Source: Halarcobacter sp.
GTDB lineage: Bacteria; Campylobacterota; Campylobacteria; Campylobacterales; Arcobacteraceae
DNA length: 64,000 nt
NCBI GenBank assembly: GCA_048571215.1
Contig: CP182352.1
Span: 384,001-448,000 of the forward strand
Reading direction: 5' to 3'
Made by a program: the position numbers and the translations under genes. Positions 41,881 through 51,626 of the stretch are shown here, piece by piece. Below the pieces are notes generated by a model that made no database searches, had not been told where the DNA came from, and was given only the letters and a program-made list of their open reading frames with translations. Position 1 is the stretch's first letter; every line of letters starts with the position of its first letter.

Positions 41881-42100
41881 GTTAGGGTAGGATTTCTCCT
41901 ACCTGATAATTGTTATACAAACTTTAGACTTATAAAATACGAACTAGTTATAAAACTGTTCTTGTTGCCACTCAAATTTAAAGTATAACTATCAAACTCG
42001 CCATCAAGCTAATTATAAATTATTTTTTATAATTGCTTTAGTTCCGCAACGATATATTATCTTTCAAACTCTTTGGAAATATATTAACTATATTCCCTTA
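41881..42100 (-). ncRNA. Putative IS110 bridge RNA (copy 2); ends approximate
   Basis: Identical to copy 1. Guides at 42040-42051, 41995-42002, 41964-41971 and 41928-41934. Confidence 0.8.
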
Positions 42101-42117
42101 AATGTATTATATAAGTT

Positions 42118-42245
42118 CCGCAAGGCAGAAAACTTATTTTAAAACTAGAGGGGAGCTTTGCCTTCATCAACTCGTCTGGTTGCTTTTTGTCTTACTTTTT
42201 ACAATTAAAAAGTGAGAAAGCGAAGAGGTTTATCTCTTCAAGAGC
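42118..42245. repeat. Right part of the palindromic element split by IS110 copy 2
   Basis: Pairs with 40731-40829; homologous in inverted orientation to 3921-4040. Confidence 0.85.
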
Positions 42246-42703
42246 GTAAAATAAAGTGCAATATAAATCTGGAAACAAGATATTAATAGTATATATCAAT
42301 AAGAAGATTTATATTCTATAGTTGCTAAACTTATCGATATTTACAACTAGTAATTAAATGTATTAATAGGAGATAATAATTAATGAAATTTGGATTTTAA
42401 GTGGTCACGATTAAATAAAAAGGTGTTAGACACCATTTTCTTGTAAGCTCCTACGAATAAAGTTTTTTTTGCTTTGATTTATTTTGAAATCTCACTCAAA
42501 AAAACAATTCACAGAAAACCCAATACAATAAAATAATGATTTACTTATTTAATCTCATAATAAAATAATTAAATAAAAATTCAAACTATCGATATGCATA
42601 ATAATTAATAAAATATTAAGTAAAAAACTAGTTAATTAATTTTATTTTATATACCTTAGGTATATAATAGCTAAATATAGGATTAAAAACAGAAGGAACG
42701 ATT

Positions 42704-44920
42704 ATGAATTTAGGAAAAAGATTATCAATATTGATAATAAGTATTTCATTTATTGCATTAGTAATAAGTTTTATTGTATTGAATCAATACAAATCAGAAA
42801 TAAAAAATAATGTGTATGAGAATACGAAAGCCAATTTAATAACTAAATTAGACGATAAAATAGCAGGAAGATTAGAAGTTGGAATTACAAATGCTATTGC
42901 CTTTGCTAATGATCAATATATTGTTGATGCCTTAAGGACAAATAACAGAAGTTTGGCAATTAAAGAGTTGAATGTCATCGCTGATAAGTTTAGCAAGGAA
43001 GCAAATTTTAAAAAACTTAAAATTCATATTCATACAGCAGATATAAAATCTTTTCTAAGAGCATGGAAACCAAAAAAGTTTGGTGATGATTTAAGTGGTT
43101 TTAGACACACAATTAGTAAAGTTAAAGAGACAAAAAAATCACTCACAACCATTGAGATTGGTAATATAGGAATATTTCTGGTTGCCATTACTCCTGTAAT
43201 AGAAAATGGCACATATTTGGGTTCTTTGGAAATTTTACAACGTTTTAATATCCTTATTAATCAATTTAAAAAAGACAAAGAAAATCTTTTGGTGTTGTTG
43301 GATAATAAATTTGAATCAACTGCAAAATTGATGAAAAACAAAGTAAGAATAGGTAATTATATATTAAGTCAGTCTAAATATGATAAAGATTTTCTAACGG
43401 CAGCTCGAAAAATAGATTTTTCAACCCTTTTAAAAGAGGGCTATATTTTAGATGATAAATATTTTTATACATATAAAACAATTCAAGATTTTGAAGGTAA
43501 AAATATTGGGATCTCTCTTATAAGTGAAGATAAAAAAGTTGTTGATAATATTATTGATGATACTTCAAGTATTATCAATACTGCCTTATTGATAATTGTA
43601 TTATTGATTGTAGTTTTAACAACTACGATATTAATAAGTTTAAAAAAAGTTGTTTTAAATCCTTTAAATGATTTTCAACAAGGTTTATTGGAATTCTTTA
43701 AATTTCTTAATAAAGAGACAAAAAGTTCACCATTAATCAATATAAATACAAATGATGAAATTGGGGTTATGACAAAAGTTGTAAACCAAAATATTGAAAA
43801 TACTAAAACACTTATGGAGGAAGATGCCAAATTAATCGAAGATGTTAAACGAGTCGTTTCCTTAGTGGGTCAAGGAAAATTAAATCAAAGAATAGAAAAG
43901 TCAACCAAAGATGAGAATCTCACTGAGCTTAAAGATATTTTTAACAATATGCTTGATATTACAAGTAAAAATGTTTGTGAAGATATTAATAAAATTACTG
44001 CCGTTTTTGAAAGCTTTGCAAAATTAGATTTTAGACCAAGAGTAGAAAATGATGAAGGTGCTATTGCTAAAGGTATCAATAATCTTGCTGATATCATTAG
44101 CCAAATATTGATTGAAAATAAATCAAATGGCTTAACCTTAGAAGATAGTTCACATATGTTGATTAAAAATGTCAATACCTTAAATCAAAACTCAAATGAA
44201 GCGGCAGCTGCTTTAGAAGAGACAGCCGCTGCTTTAGAGGAGATTACGGGAAATATCTCAAATAATACCAACAATATTATAGAGATGTCAAATCTAGCTT
44301 CCCATGTTACAAGCTCAGCTTCCAATGGAGAAGAGTTGGCATCTATTACTACAAAAGCGATGAATGAAATTGATGTAGAAGTCAATGCCATTAATGATGC
44401 GATAACTGTTATTGACCAAATTGCATTCCAAACCAATATTTTAAGCCTTAATGCTGCAGTTGAATCAGCAACAGCAGGGGAAGCGGGAAAAGGGTTTGCT
44501 GTTGTTGCAGCTGAAGTACGAAATCTTGCTACAAGAAGTGCCGATGCTGCAAAAGAGATAAAAACTCTTGTTCTAAAAGCAACAGAAAAAGCAAATAATG
44601 GGAAAAAAATATCTGATGATATGATAAATGGGTATGTAACACTCAAGGATGATATCTCTAAAACGATACAATTAATTAAAAATGTAGAGATGGCATCTAA
44701 AGAGCAACTTGCTGGAATTGAACAGATTAATAATGCTGTAAATTCTTTAGATCAGCAAACGCAACAAAATGCAATGGTAGCTTCACAAACGCATCATATA
44801 GCTCAAGAAACTGATAATCTTGCAAAACTCATTGTTAATGATACCAATGCAAAAGAGTTTACAGGAAAAGAGGAAGTTAAAGCAAAACCTTCAAATAATC
44901 CACTTCAAGAAACAGCATAA
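42704..44920 (+). CDS. Methyl-accepting chemotaxis protein with Cache-type sensor domain
   Basis: Two TM segments, periplasmic domain, [27 protein letters not shown]. Confidence 0.96.
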   Translation: MNLGKRLSILIISISFIALVISFIVLNQYKSEIKNNVYENTKANLITKLDDKIAGRLEVGITNAIAFANDQYIVDALRTNNRSLAIKELNVIADKFSKEANFKKLKIHIHTADIKSFLRAWKPKKFGDDLSGFRHTISKVKETKKSLTTIEIGNIGIFLVAITPVIENGTYLGSLEILQRFNILINQFKKDKENLLVLLDNKFESTAKLMKNKVRIGNYILSQSKYDKDFLTAARKIDFSTLLKEGYILDDKYFYTYKTIQDFEGKNIGISLISEDKKVVDNIIDDTSSIINTALLIIVLLIVVLTTTILISLKKVVLNPLNDFQQGLLEFFKFLNKETKSSPLININTNDEIGVMTKVVNQNIENTKTLMEEDAKLIEDVKRVVSLVGQGKLNQRIEKSTKDENLTELKDIFNNMLDITSKNVCEDINKITAVFESFAKLDFRPRVENDEGAIAKGINNLADIISQILIENKSNGLTLEDSSHMLIKNVNTLNQNSNEAAAALEETAAALEEITGNISNNTNNIIEMSNLASHVTSSASNGEELASITTKAMNEIDVEVNAINDAITVIDQIAFQTNILSLNAAVESATAGEAGKGFAVVAAEVRNLATRSADAAKEIKTLVLKATEKANNGKKISDDMINGYVTLKDDISKTIQLIKNVEMASKEQLAGIEQINNAVNSLDQQTQQNAMVASQTHHIAQETDNLAKLIVNDTNAKEFTGKEEVKAKPSNNPLQETA

Positions 44921-44949
44921 AAAATAGGACATTTAATATTTTTTACTCT

Positions 44950-44978
44950 ATAAAAGCAACTTTATAAGTTGCTTTTAT
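44950..44978 (+). terminator. Intrinsic terminator after the MCP gene
   Basis: ATAAAAGCAACTT-TAT-AAGTTGCTTTTAT. Confidence 0.75.
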
Positions 44979-45158
44979 TCTAAATTGAAAAAAAGGTAAC
45001 AGGCACAATTTTAAGGGTTTTGAGAATTATTTATTATAAATGAGTTAGGATTTATTATTACTATTAGTTTTTTATATGGTTCGTTAAATGGTATTTTTCT
45101 ATCAAGAAGTATTGTTATAATGCAATCAAAAATATATAATAAAACATTGGAAAATGAA

Positions 45159-45677
<519 letters not shown>

Positions 45678-45704
45678 AATTAAAAATTTAGTATATAAAG
45701 ATGT

Positions 45705-45869
45705 ATGTTCCCAAGGAATATAATCTTTAATTGTTGGAAAAATGCTGGTGATGTGATTCATCATCCTTCCAATGTAATTCATTCTGTAAAAGCAGCTAAT
45801 GAACCGGTTTTGATACTAAACTTGTGGAGAGGTGGTAGTTTTGAAATGCCCGTAATTACAAATAAATAG
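45705..45869 (+). pseudogene. C-terminal cupin fragment resembling the DMSP-lyase family
   Basis: AGDVIHHPSNVIHSVKAANEPVLILNLWRGG fits cupin motif 2; motif 1 is absent. Confidence 0.55.
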
Positions 45870-45936
45870 AGCATAAAATCATTGAAACATGATATTTCAT
45901 CTTACTAAATATAGCTTAAATAAAGGAGATATAGAT

Positions 45937-47100
45937 ATGGAAAGTATTCTTAACTGCACTGGACATGAATTAAAAATTCCAAATATTGTAAAAAGTGATG
46001 GGGTATATCTATTTGATGCCAATGAAAAACGATATATGGATTTGGAGTCTGGTGTTTGGTGTACATCCTTAGGACATAAAAATCGTAGAATTAATGGTGT
46101 CATTAAAGAGCAGATTGATCAAATCATGCACGCAGGCTTTTGTTACTCTAGTGAAATAGTTGATAAAGCGGCAAAATCAATTCTCAATATTGTGGGGTTT
46201 AACAAGGGGAAAAGTGTATTCATAAGTTCAGGTAGTGAAGCGGTTGAGATATCAAGACAGATGGCTAAACATCTTACTGAAAAACATATATCATTGACAC
46301 TTCATGACTCTTATTTAGGGGCATATTCTTCACTAATTGAGAAAACTAGTAATTGGTATTTAGTAAATTGGGAGCAATGTAAAGTATGCCCTGATAAAGA
46401 AAAGTGTAATTTATCATGTAAAGTGCTTCAAGATATACCCAAAGATGTGTCTGAATTCATCTTTGAACCAGGTAGTTCTTCTGGATTTGTTAGATTCCCT
46501 CCAAAAGCTTTAATCCAAAATATTGTCCAAATTGTACGAGACAATGGAGGAAAAATTATTGCAAATGAGGTAACAACAGGTATTGGACGAACTGGTAAAT
46601 GGTTTGGGTTTCAGCATTATGATATCATTCCTGATTTTGTAGCTGTTGGAAAGGGAATTGGTAATGGCTACCCTGTTAGTATTACTCTCATTAATGAAGC
46701 TAGCAGTAAGCAGTTAGAGTTAAAACCATTTCATTATTCTCAATCTCATCAAAACGATCCCTTAGGTGCTGCAGTAGTTAAAGAGGTTATTCAAACAATA
46801 AGAGATGAAAATCTCATAGAGCGTGCACAAAAAAATGCAGAGATATTTAATGCTCAACTCCATTCCATTGTTGATGGAGAAGTTATTACAGCAATTCGTG
46901 GAAGAGGTTTGATGTTTGCCATTGATTTGGCAAGCGAGAAAATAACAAATGAGATATATGATAAATTGTTAGAACATGGCTATATTGTATGTAATCGAGG
47001 CTCTTTTCTTAGACTTGATCCACCTCTTATTATAACTGAGAAACAGTTTAGCGAATTTATAGATACACTCTCTTTTATTGTTGCTTCAATAAAAAAGTGA
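45937..47100 (+). CDS. Class III PLP aminotransferase family protein
   Basis: GVYLFD, SGSEAVE, EVTTGIGRTG, GKGIGNG, RGRGLM; AAGGAG RBS before ATG 45937. Confidence 0.9.
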   Translation: MESILNCTGHELKIPNIVKSDGVYLFDANEKRYMDLESGVWCTSLGHKNRRINGVIKEQIDQIMHAGFCYSSEIVDKAAKSILNIVGFNKGKSVFISSGSEAVEISRQMAKHLTEKHISLTLHDSYLGAYSSLIEKTSNWYLVNWEQCKVCPDKEKCNLSCKVLQDIPKDVSEFIFEPGSSSGFVRFPPKALIQNIVQIVRDNGGKIIANEVTTGIGRTGKWFGFQHYDIIPDFVAVGKGIGNGYPVSITLINEASSKQLELKPFHYSQSHQNDPLGAAVVKEVIQTIRDENLIERAQKNAEIFNAQLHSIVDGEVITAIRGRGLMFAIDLASEKITNEIYDKLLEHGYIVCNRGSFLRLDPPLIITEKQFSEFIDTLSFIVASIKK

Positions 47101-47645
47101 AGAATTAAAACTTATTTCTAATAATATTAACTATTTACTAATAATCTTCATTATAAAAATATAATAAATTAATATATTTAAGTGCTTTATTTATATAATA
47201 TATATCAAAAAATAGTTATAATATAAAAATAAATATTATTTTAATAGTCATACAAATTTATCAAAATATAATATAGTTTTTATATTAGAGAATAAAGAAT
47301 TATTATATCCATTAACAAAGAATGAAAGGGTATAAAATTTTATGATTTAACATCAAAAATGATGAAGTAAAATGTTAGAGATTGAAAATATAAATTGGCA
47401 AAAAACATATTGAATATTAATCATTATATACAATTATTTCAAATGATAGATTTAAAGGAGTAGTTATTATAACAAAACATAGTAGTCATCTTATTGGCTA
47501 CTATGTTTTGTTATCTCGGACGTTTAGTATCTGAGATAACAGCAGTGTGGGTTAAATCTCACTAGTTAAGTTTTGGTGTTTAAAGGAGTGTCGCACCATA
47601 GAGCTAATACTTTTAGATGCTCTAAAAATATTAAAGGAATATATA

Positions 47646-48113
47646 ATGGAATCACAAGTGGTAAATGAAACGTTTACGTCATGCCCAGTTATTTGGAAAA
47701 AGGAATATGAAGGTAAAATAGCTGTTGTTCATTGGTCTGGACTTGGATCTTTAGAAAAATGTGGAGATAAATTTTATATGCAAGTTGATGTGTTAGTATT
47801 TGGAACTCATCATAGATTTAAATTGCCCGTAATAGGAAATGAAGAAAAATATATAACTATTGATGGAATAAGAGGATGGTATAAAATCAGTGGTTTTAGT
47901 TTAACAGATCAATCAATTCGTTTTCATATTGAAATTCAAGTTCAATTTGTATTTTGGTATAAAGTAGTTAGTGATTGGGTTGTAGCATCTTTTCCTAAGT
48001 TAAATTCCTACAAATTATCAAGTATTATTTTAGAGCAGGCAAAAGATATTGATAATCTAACTGGCTTAGAAAATCTATCAAATGAAAACTGGACAAAACA
48101 AGACCCTCAATAA
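47646..48113 (+). CDS. Hypothetical protein
   Basis: 155-aa ORF with AAAGGA RBS; no recognised motif. Confidence 0.7.
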   Translation: MESQVVNETFTSCPVIWKKEYEGKIAVVHWSGLGSLEKCGDKFYMQVDVLVFGTHHRFKLPVIGNEEKYITIDGIRGWYKISGFSLTDQSIRFHIEIQVQFVFWYKVVSDWVVASFPKLNSYKLSSIILEQAKDIDNLTGLENLSNENWTKQDPQ

Positions 48114-48327
48114 CCAATCACAATTGGTTTTTTTGGAGAATTAATATAGCGATTAGGTGAAGTAGGTGTGCTAAAGCATACACGCTTTACCTAAGCATTA
48201 TTTGACACTCTACATTCCAAATAACAGCAACGTAGAAAAATAATATAGAATTCTGAGGAGATGATAACTAATTAAGAAAAATATAAAAATAAATAGGAAG
48301 AATAATACTAAATTTATATCCTAAAGG

Positions 48328-48651
48328 TTGAATTCTCACTTTCAAGACCCATGGGTTGCTTTTTATTTTACTTTTTTCAATAAAAAAGTGAATATTCAAA
48401 ATGTATCTCTCATAATATTTGCTAAAAAATGGACAAGAATTTGTTTAAATATATTTGGTATTATTGTTATTTTAATGTTAGGAATAATACTAATTGTAAA
48501 AATGGGTGATTTACAATTTTCTGAAATTGAAGTAAAAATTGCTATTGTTCTTGTTTTAAGTAGTTTATATTTTTTGAAATTTCGTTATGATAATTTTAAG
48601 ATAAGACAAGAATATAAAAAATTATATCAAACATATAAAATACTTATTTAA
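48328..48651 (+). CDS. Small hypothetical membrane protein or remnant
   Basis: Two hydrophobic segments; start uncertain. Confidence 0.45.
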   Translation: MNSHFQDPWVAFYFTFFNKKVNIQNVSLIIFAKKWTRICLNIFGIIVILMLGIILIVKMGDLQFSEIEVKIAIVLVLSSLYFLKFRYDNFKIRQEYKKLYQTYKILI

Positions 48652-48889
48652 GGGCTTTGAGAATAACATTAAAAATATTTCTTATTAGGTGAATTTATAT
48701 ATTATTTATATATAATGTCTTACTAATAATTGCTTATATAAAGGTCAAATATGAAGCAATGTCCTAATTGTAATAGATTGAATTTTATTCCATCAAATGA
48801 AACAAAATGTGAATAAAAAGGATTGACAAAAACTCAAGCCTTTTTTTCATTTACTAGGAGACAAATCTTATATTAAAAAAAGGAAAAAT

Positions 48890-49552
48890 ATGCTTGAATC
48901 AGATGTTTTTGCCAGAACAAAAACCACTGCTGAAATTATTTCAGATGTTAAATATAATCTAGCTATAGGGCTAGTTTTATGTTGGGGTTTTTTTGTAAAT
49001 TGGTTATTAGTAACTAATGTTGATCCAAATTATTTACGAAGTATAAATATTTGGGTTTTTTTAATAGGATATTTTGCTTCATGTTTTTTTGGAGTATATC
49101 TATTTAACAAATCAGATAAAGCATTTGTTAGTTTCGTAGGTTATAACTTTGTTGTTGTTCCTTTTGGATTGATTGTAAATATGGTAGTATCCCAATATGA
49201 TACGGCGTTAGTTTTGGATGCCATAAGGATTACTGCTTTTGTAACTATTATTATGATGATTTTAGGTTCTATGTTTCCAAGTTTTTTTAAAAGCATAATT
49301 AGTGGCCTAACTATGGCATTATTAGCTATGATTGCGATTGAGCTTTTTCAAATCTTTGTATTAGGAATTCATCAAAATTGGATAGATTGGGCTGTTGCTA
49401 TTATTTTTTGTGGATATATTGGTTATGATTGGGGACGTGCAAATCAAATACCAAAAACATTAGATAATGCAGTTGATAGCGCAGCTGCACTATATATGGA
49501 TATTATCAATTTGTTTTTAAGAATTTTAAGAATTCTTGGTAGAAGAAGATAA
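48890..49552 (+). CDS. Bax inhibitor-1 / US12 family membrane protein
   Basis: About seven TM segments, YIGYD, AAALYMDIINLFLRILRILG. Confidence 0.9.
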   Translation: MLESDVFARTKTTAEIISDVKYNLAIGLVLCWGFFVNWLLVTNVDPNYLRSINIWVFLIGYFASCFFGVYLFNKSDKAFVSFVGYNFVVVPFGLIVNMVVSQYDTALVLDAIRITAFVTIIMMILGSMFPSFFKSIISGLTMALLAMIAIELFQIFVLGIHQNWIDWAVAIIFCGYIGYDWGRANQIPKTLDNAVDSAAALYMDIINLFLRILRILGRRR

Positions 49553-49639
49553 AATACAACAAATTAATTGAGACAATAAATTACCTGTGTGGAAATTTAT
49601 TAGCTCATTTTAAACGTATTTTAAGGGAGAAAACAAACA

Positions 49640-50236
49640 TTGAAACAAATATTTGAGATTACAAATAAAGAAATAATAAATGAAGTATTAAACAATGCAG
49701 AATATGGGACATTAGCACTATGCGATAACAACAAACCATATAGTTTACCTATAAATTTTGTAGAATACAATGATGAGATTTATTTTCATGGTTCGAAAAA
49801 AGGTAGAAAAATGGATATTTTAAAAAACAATCAGTTTGCTTCATTTTCTGTAGTTGAATCATATTCTATGATACAGTCTTACTTTAGTTCAAATGATGGT
49901 TTAGCTTGTCCGGCTACTCATTTTTTTAAATCAATAATAATTGATGGTGAAATCAAGTTTATTGAAAACTATGATGAAAAAGTTCAAGCTCTATCAGAAC
50001 TCATGAAAAAACTACAAAAAGAGGGTAAATACAAACCTCTTAGTGATGAAGTTTATCAAAAATCAATAGATGCTACAACAATTTATAAACTAGTTCCAAA
50101 TAAAATAAAAGCAAAATTTAAATTTGGACAACATCTAAATCAAGATAGATTTAATATGATAATTAAACATCTTGAAGAAAGAGGAAATAAAAAAGATATT
50201 TTGACCATCAAATTAATGAAAGAGTTAAAAGATTAA
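49640..50236 (+). CDS. Pyridoxamine 5'-phosphate oxidase-like / NimA-family flavin-binding protein
   Basis: YGTLAL, PYSLPINF, IYFHGSKKGRK. Confidence 0.85.
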   Translation: MKQIFEITNKEIINEVLNNAEYGTLALCDNNKPYSLPINFVEYNDEIYFHGSKKGRKMDILKNNQFASFSVVESYSMIQSYFSSNDGLACPATHFFKSIIIDGEIKFIENYDEKVQALSELMKKLQKEGKYKPLSDEVYQKSIDATTIYKLVPNKIKAKFKFGQHLNQDRFNMIIKHLEERGNKKDILTIKLMKELKD

Positions 50237-50314
50237 TATTAAAGAAAAAATGTGAAAGATATATGAGTTTTCAATCTTTTACAAATATATAATAAATTAT
50301 GGAGAGAAATATTT

Positions 50315-50800
50315 ATGAAACAAAAAGGAACGCTCACTTTTTTTTGTGGAAAAATGGGAGCTGGAAAAACTACAAAATCAAAAACATTATCAATAAAAAA
50401 GAATGCAGTACTTCTTTCAGAAGATGATTGGCTCGAAGCTCACTATCCTAATCAGATAAACTCTTTTGATGATTTTATAAAATTTTCTACACTTATAAAA
50501 CCTTTTGTAAAGTCGCATGTACAACAGATTTTAAAAACTGGTACAAATGTAGTTATGGATTTTCCTGCAAATACAAAAAAACAAAGAAAATGGTTCAAAC
50601 AATTATGTGATGAGATTGAGTGTAATCATGAGCTTATCTTCCTTGATTTGAGTAATCAACAGTGTTTAGAGCATATAGCTAAACGAAGAGAGCAACAACC
50701 ACATAGAGCACAGTTTGACAATGAAGATGTATTTAACCATGTAACACAATATTTTGAAGCTCCATTGGCAGATGAAGACTTTAACATATTAAAAGAATAA
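50315..50800 (+). CDS. AAA_33-type P-loop kinase
   Basis: CGKMGAGKTT, LSEDDW, VVMDFPANT..QR. Confidence 0.85.
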   Translation: MKQKGTLTFFCGKMGAGKTTKSKTLSIKKNAVLLSEDDWLEAHYPNQINSFDDFIKFSTLIKPFVKSHVQQILKTGTNVVMDFPANTKKQRKWFKQLCDEIECNHELIFLDLSNQQCLEHIAKRREQQPHRAQFDNEDVFNHVTQYFEAPLADEDFNILKE

Positions 50801-50870
50801 GATTTGAAACATCGTATAGTTTTAAAGCTTAAAGGTGTGAAATTTTAATTTATTGGGTGGAGTAAATATT

Positions 50871-51572
50871 ATGAAAACAATTGGATTATTAGGTGGTATG
50901 AGTTGGGAATCAAGCTTATCTTACTATAAGATTATCAATCAACAAACCAATAAAATTTTAGGGCATCAAAACAATGCTAAATCTATTTTATTTACTGTAA
51001 ATTTTGAAGAGATAGAAAAACTACAACATCAGAATCGTTGGAATGAGGCTGTTAGGATACTTATTGATGCTTGTTTGTCTTTGCAAAATGGTGGAGCTGA
51101 TTTTATTGTAGTATGTACAAATACTATGCATAAACTTTTACCACAAATTAAAGCGCATATAAAAATACCTTTTTTACATATTGCGGAAGCAACTGCCTCT
51201 GTGATTAAAAAGAAAGATAAAAAAAATATTTTGCTTCTTGGTACAAAATTTACAATGAGTGAAGATTTTTATAAACAAATACTCATAGATGAAGGGATAG
51301 ATGTAATAACTCCTGATGAAGATGATATGAATATTATTCATAAAATTATATACGATGAATTATGTTTAGGAACAATCTCTAAACAATCAAAGCAAATATA
51401 TCTTGATATTATAAATAAACAACAAAATATACAAGGTGTGATTTTAGGATGTACTGAAATAGGACTTTTAATTTCTCAAGATGATTTGGATATAGAAGTA
51501 TTTGATACTACTTATATTCATGCTATTGAGGCAGTAGAATATGCTTTATCAAATTATAGGGATAAGATCTAA
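50871..51572 (+). CDS. Aspartate/glutamate racemase family protein
   Basis: MKTIGLLGGMSWES, CTNTMH, LGCTE. Confidence 0.93.
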   Translation: MKTIGLLGGMSWESSLSYYKIINQQTNKILGHQNNAKSILFTVNFEEIEKLQHQNRWNEAVRILIDACLSLQNGGADFIVVCTNTMHKLLPQIKAHIKIPFLHIAEATASVIKKKDKKNILLLGTKFTMSEDFYKQILIDEGIDVITPDEDDMNIIHKIIYDELCLGTISKQSKQIYLDIINKQQNIQGVILGCTEIGLLISQDDLDIEVFDTTYIHAIEAVEYALSNYRDKI

Positions 51573-51589
51573 ATATAATGGAAGTCTTA

Positions 51590-51619
51590 ATATACCAATA
51601 GTTTTAAAGCTATTGGTAT
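51590..51619. terminator. Bidirectional terminator between the racemase and BCCT genes
   Basis: TATACCAATAGTTT-TA-AAGCTATTGGTATA. Confidence 0.7.
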
Positions 51620-51626
51620 AAATTCT

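Larger units (their letters stand above)
40826..42117 (-). mobile_element. IS110-family element copy 2 (complete, about 1.29 kb, no terminal inverted repeats)
   Basis: AGTT at both junctions (40826-40829, 42114-42117). Short right end 40830-40876, long non-coding left end 41849-42113. Confidence 0.93.

Noticed and set aside
47544..47563. Possible tRNA gene
   Set aside because: Only a T-arm-like hairpin; no acceptor stem, D arm or anticodon arm could be built.
48751..48816. 21-aa ORF MKQCPNCNRLNFIPSNETKCE
   Set aside because: Looks like the start of a zinc-ribbon remnant but is too short to support a call.
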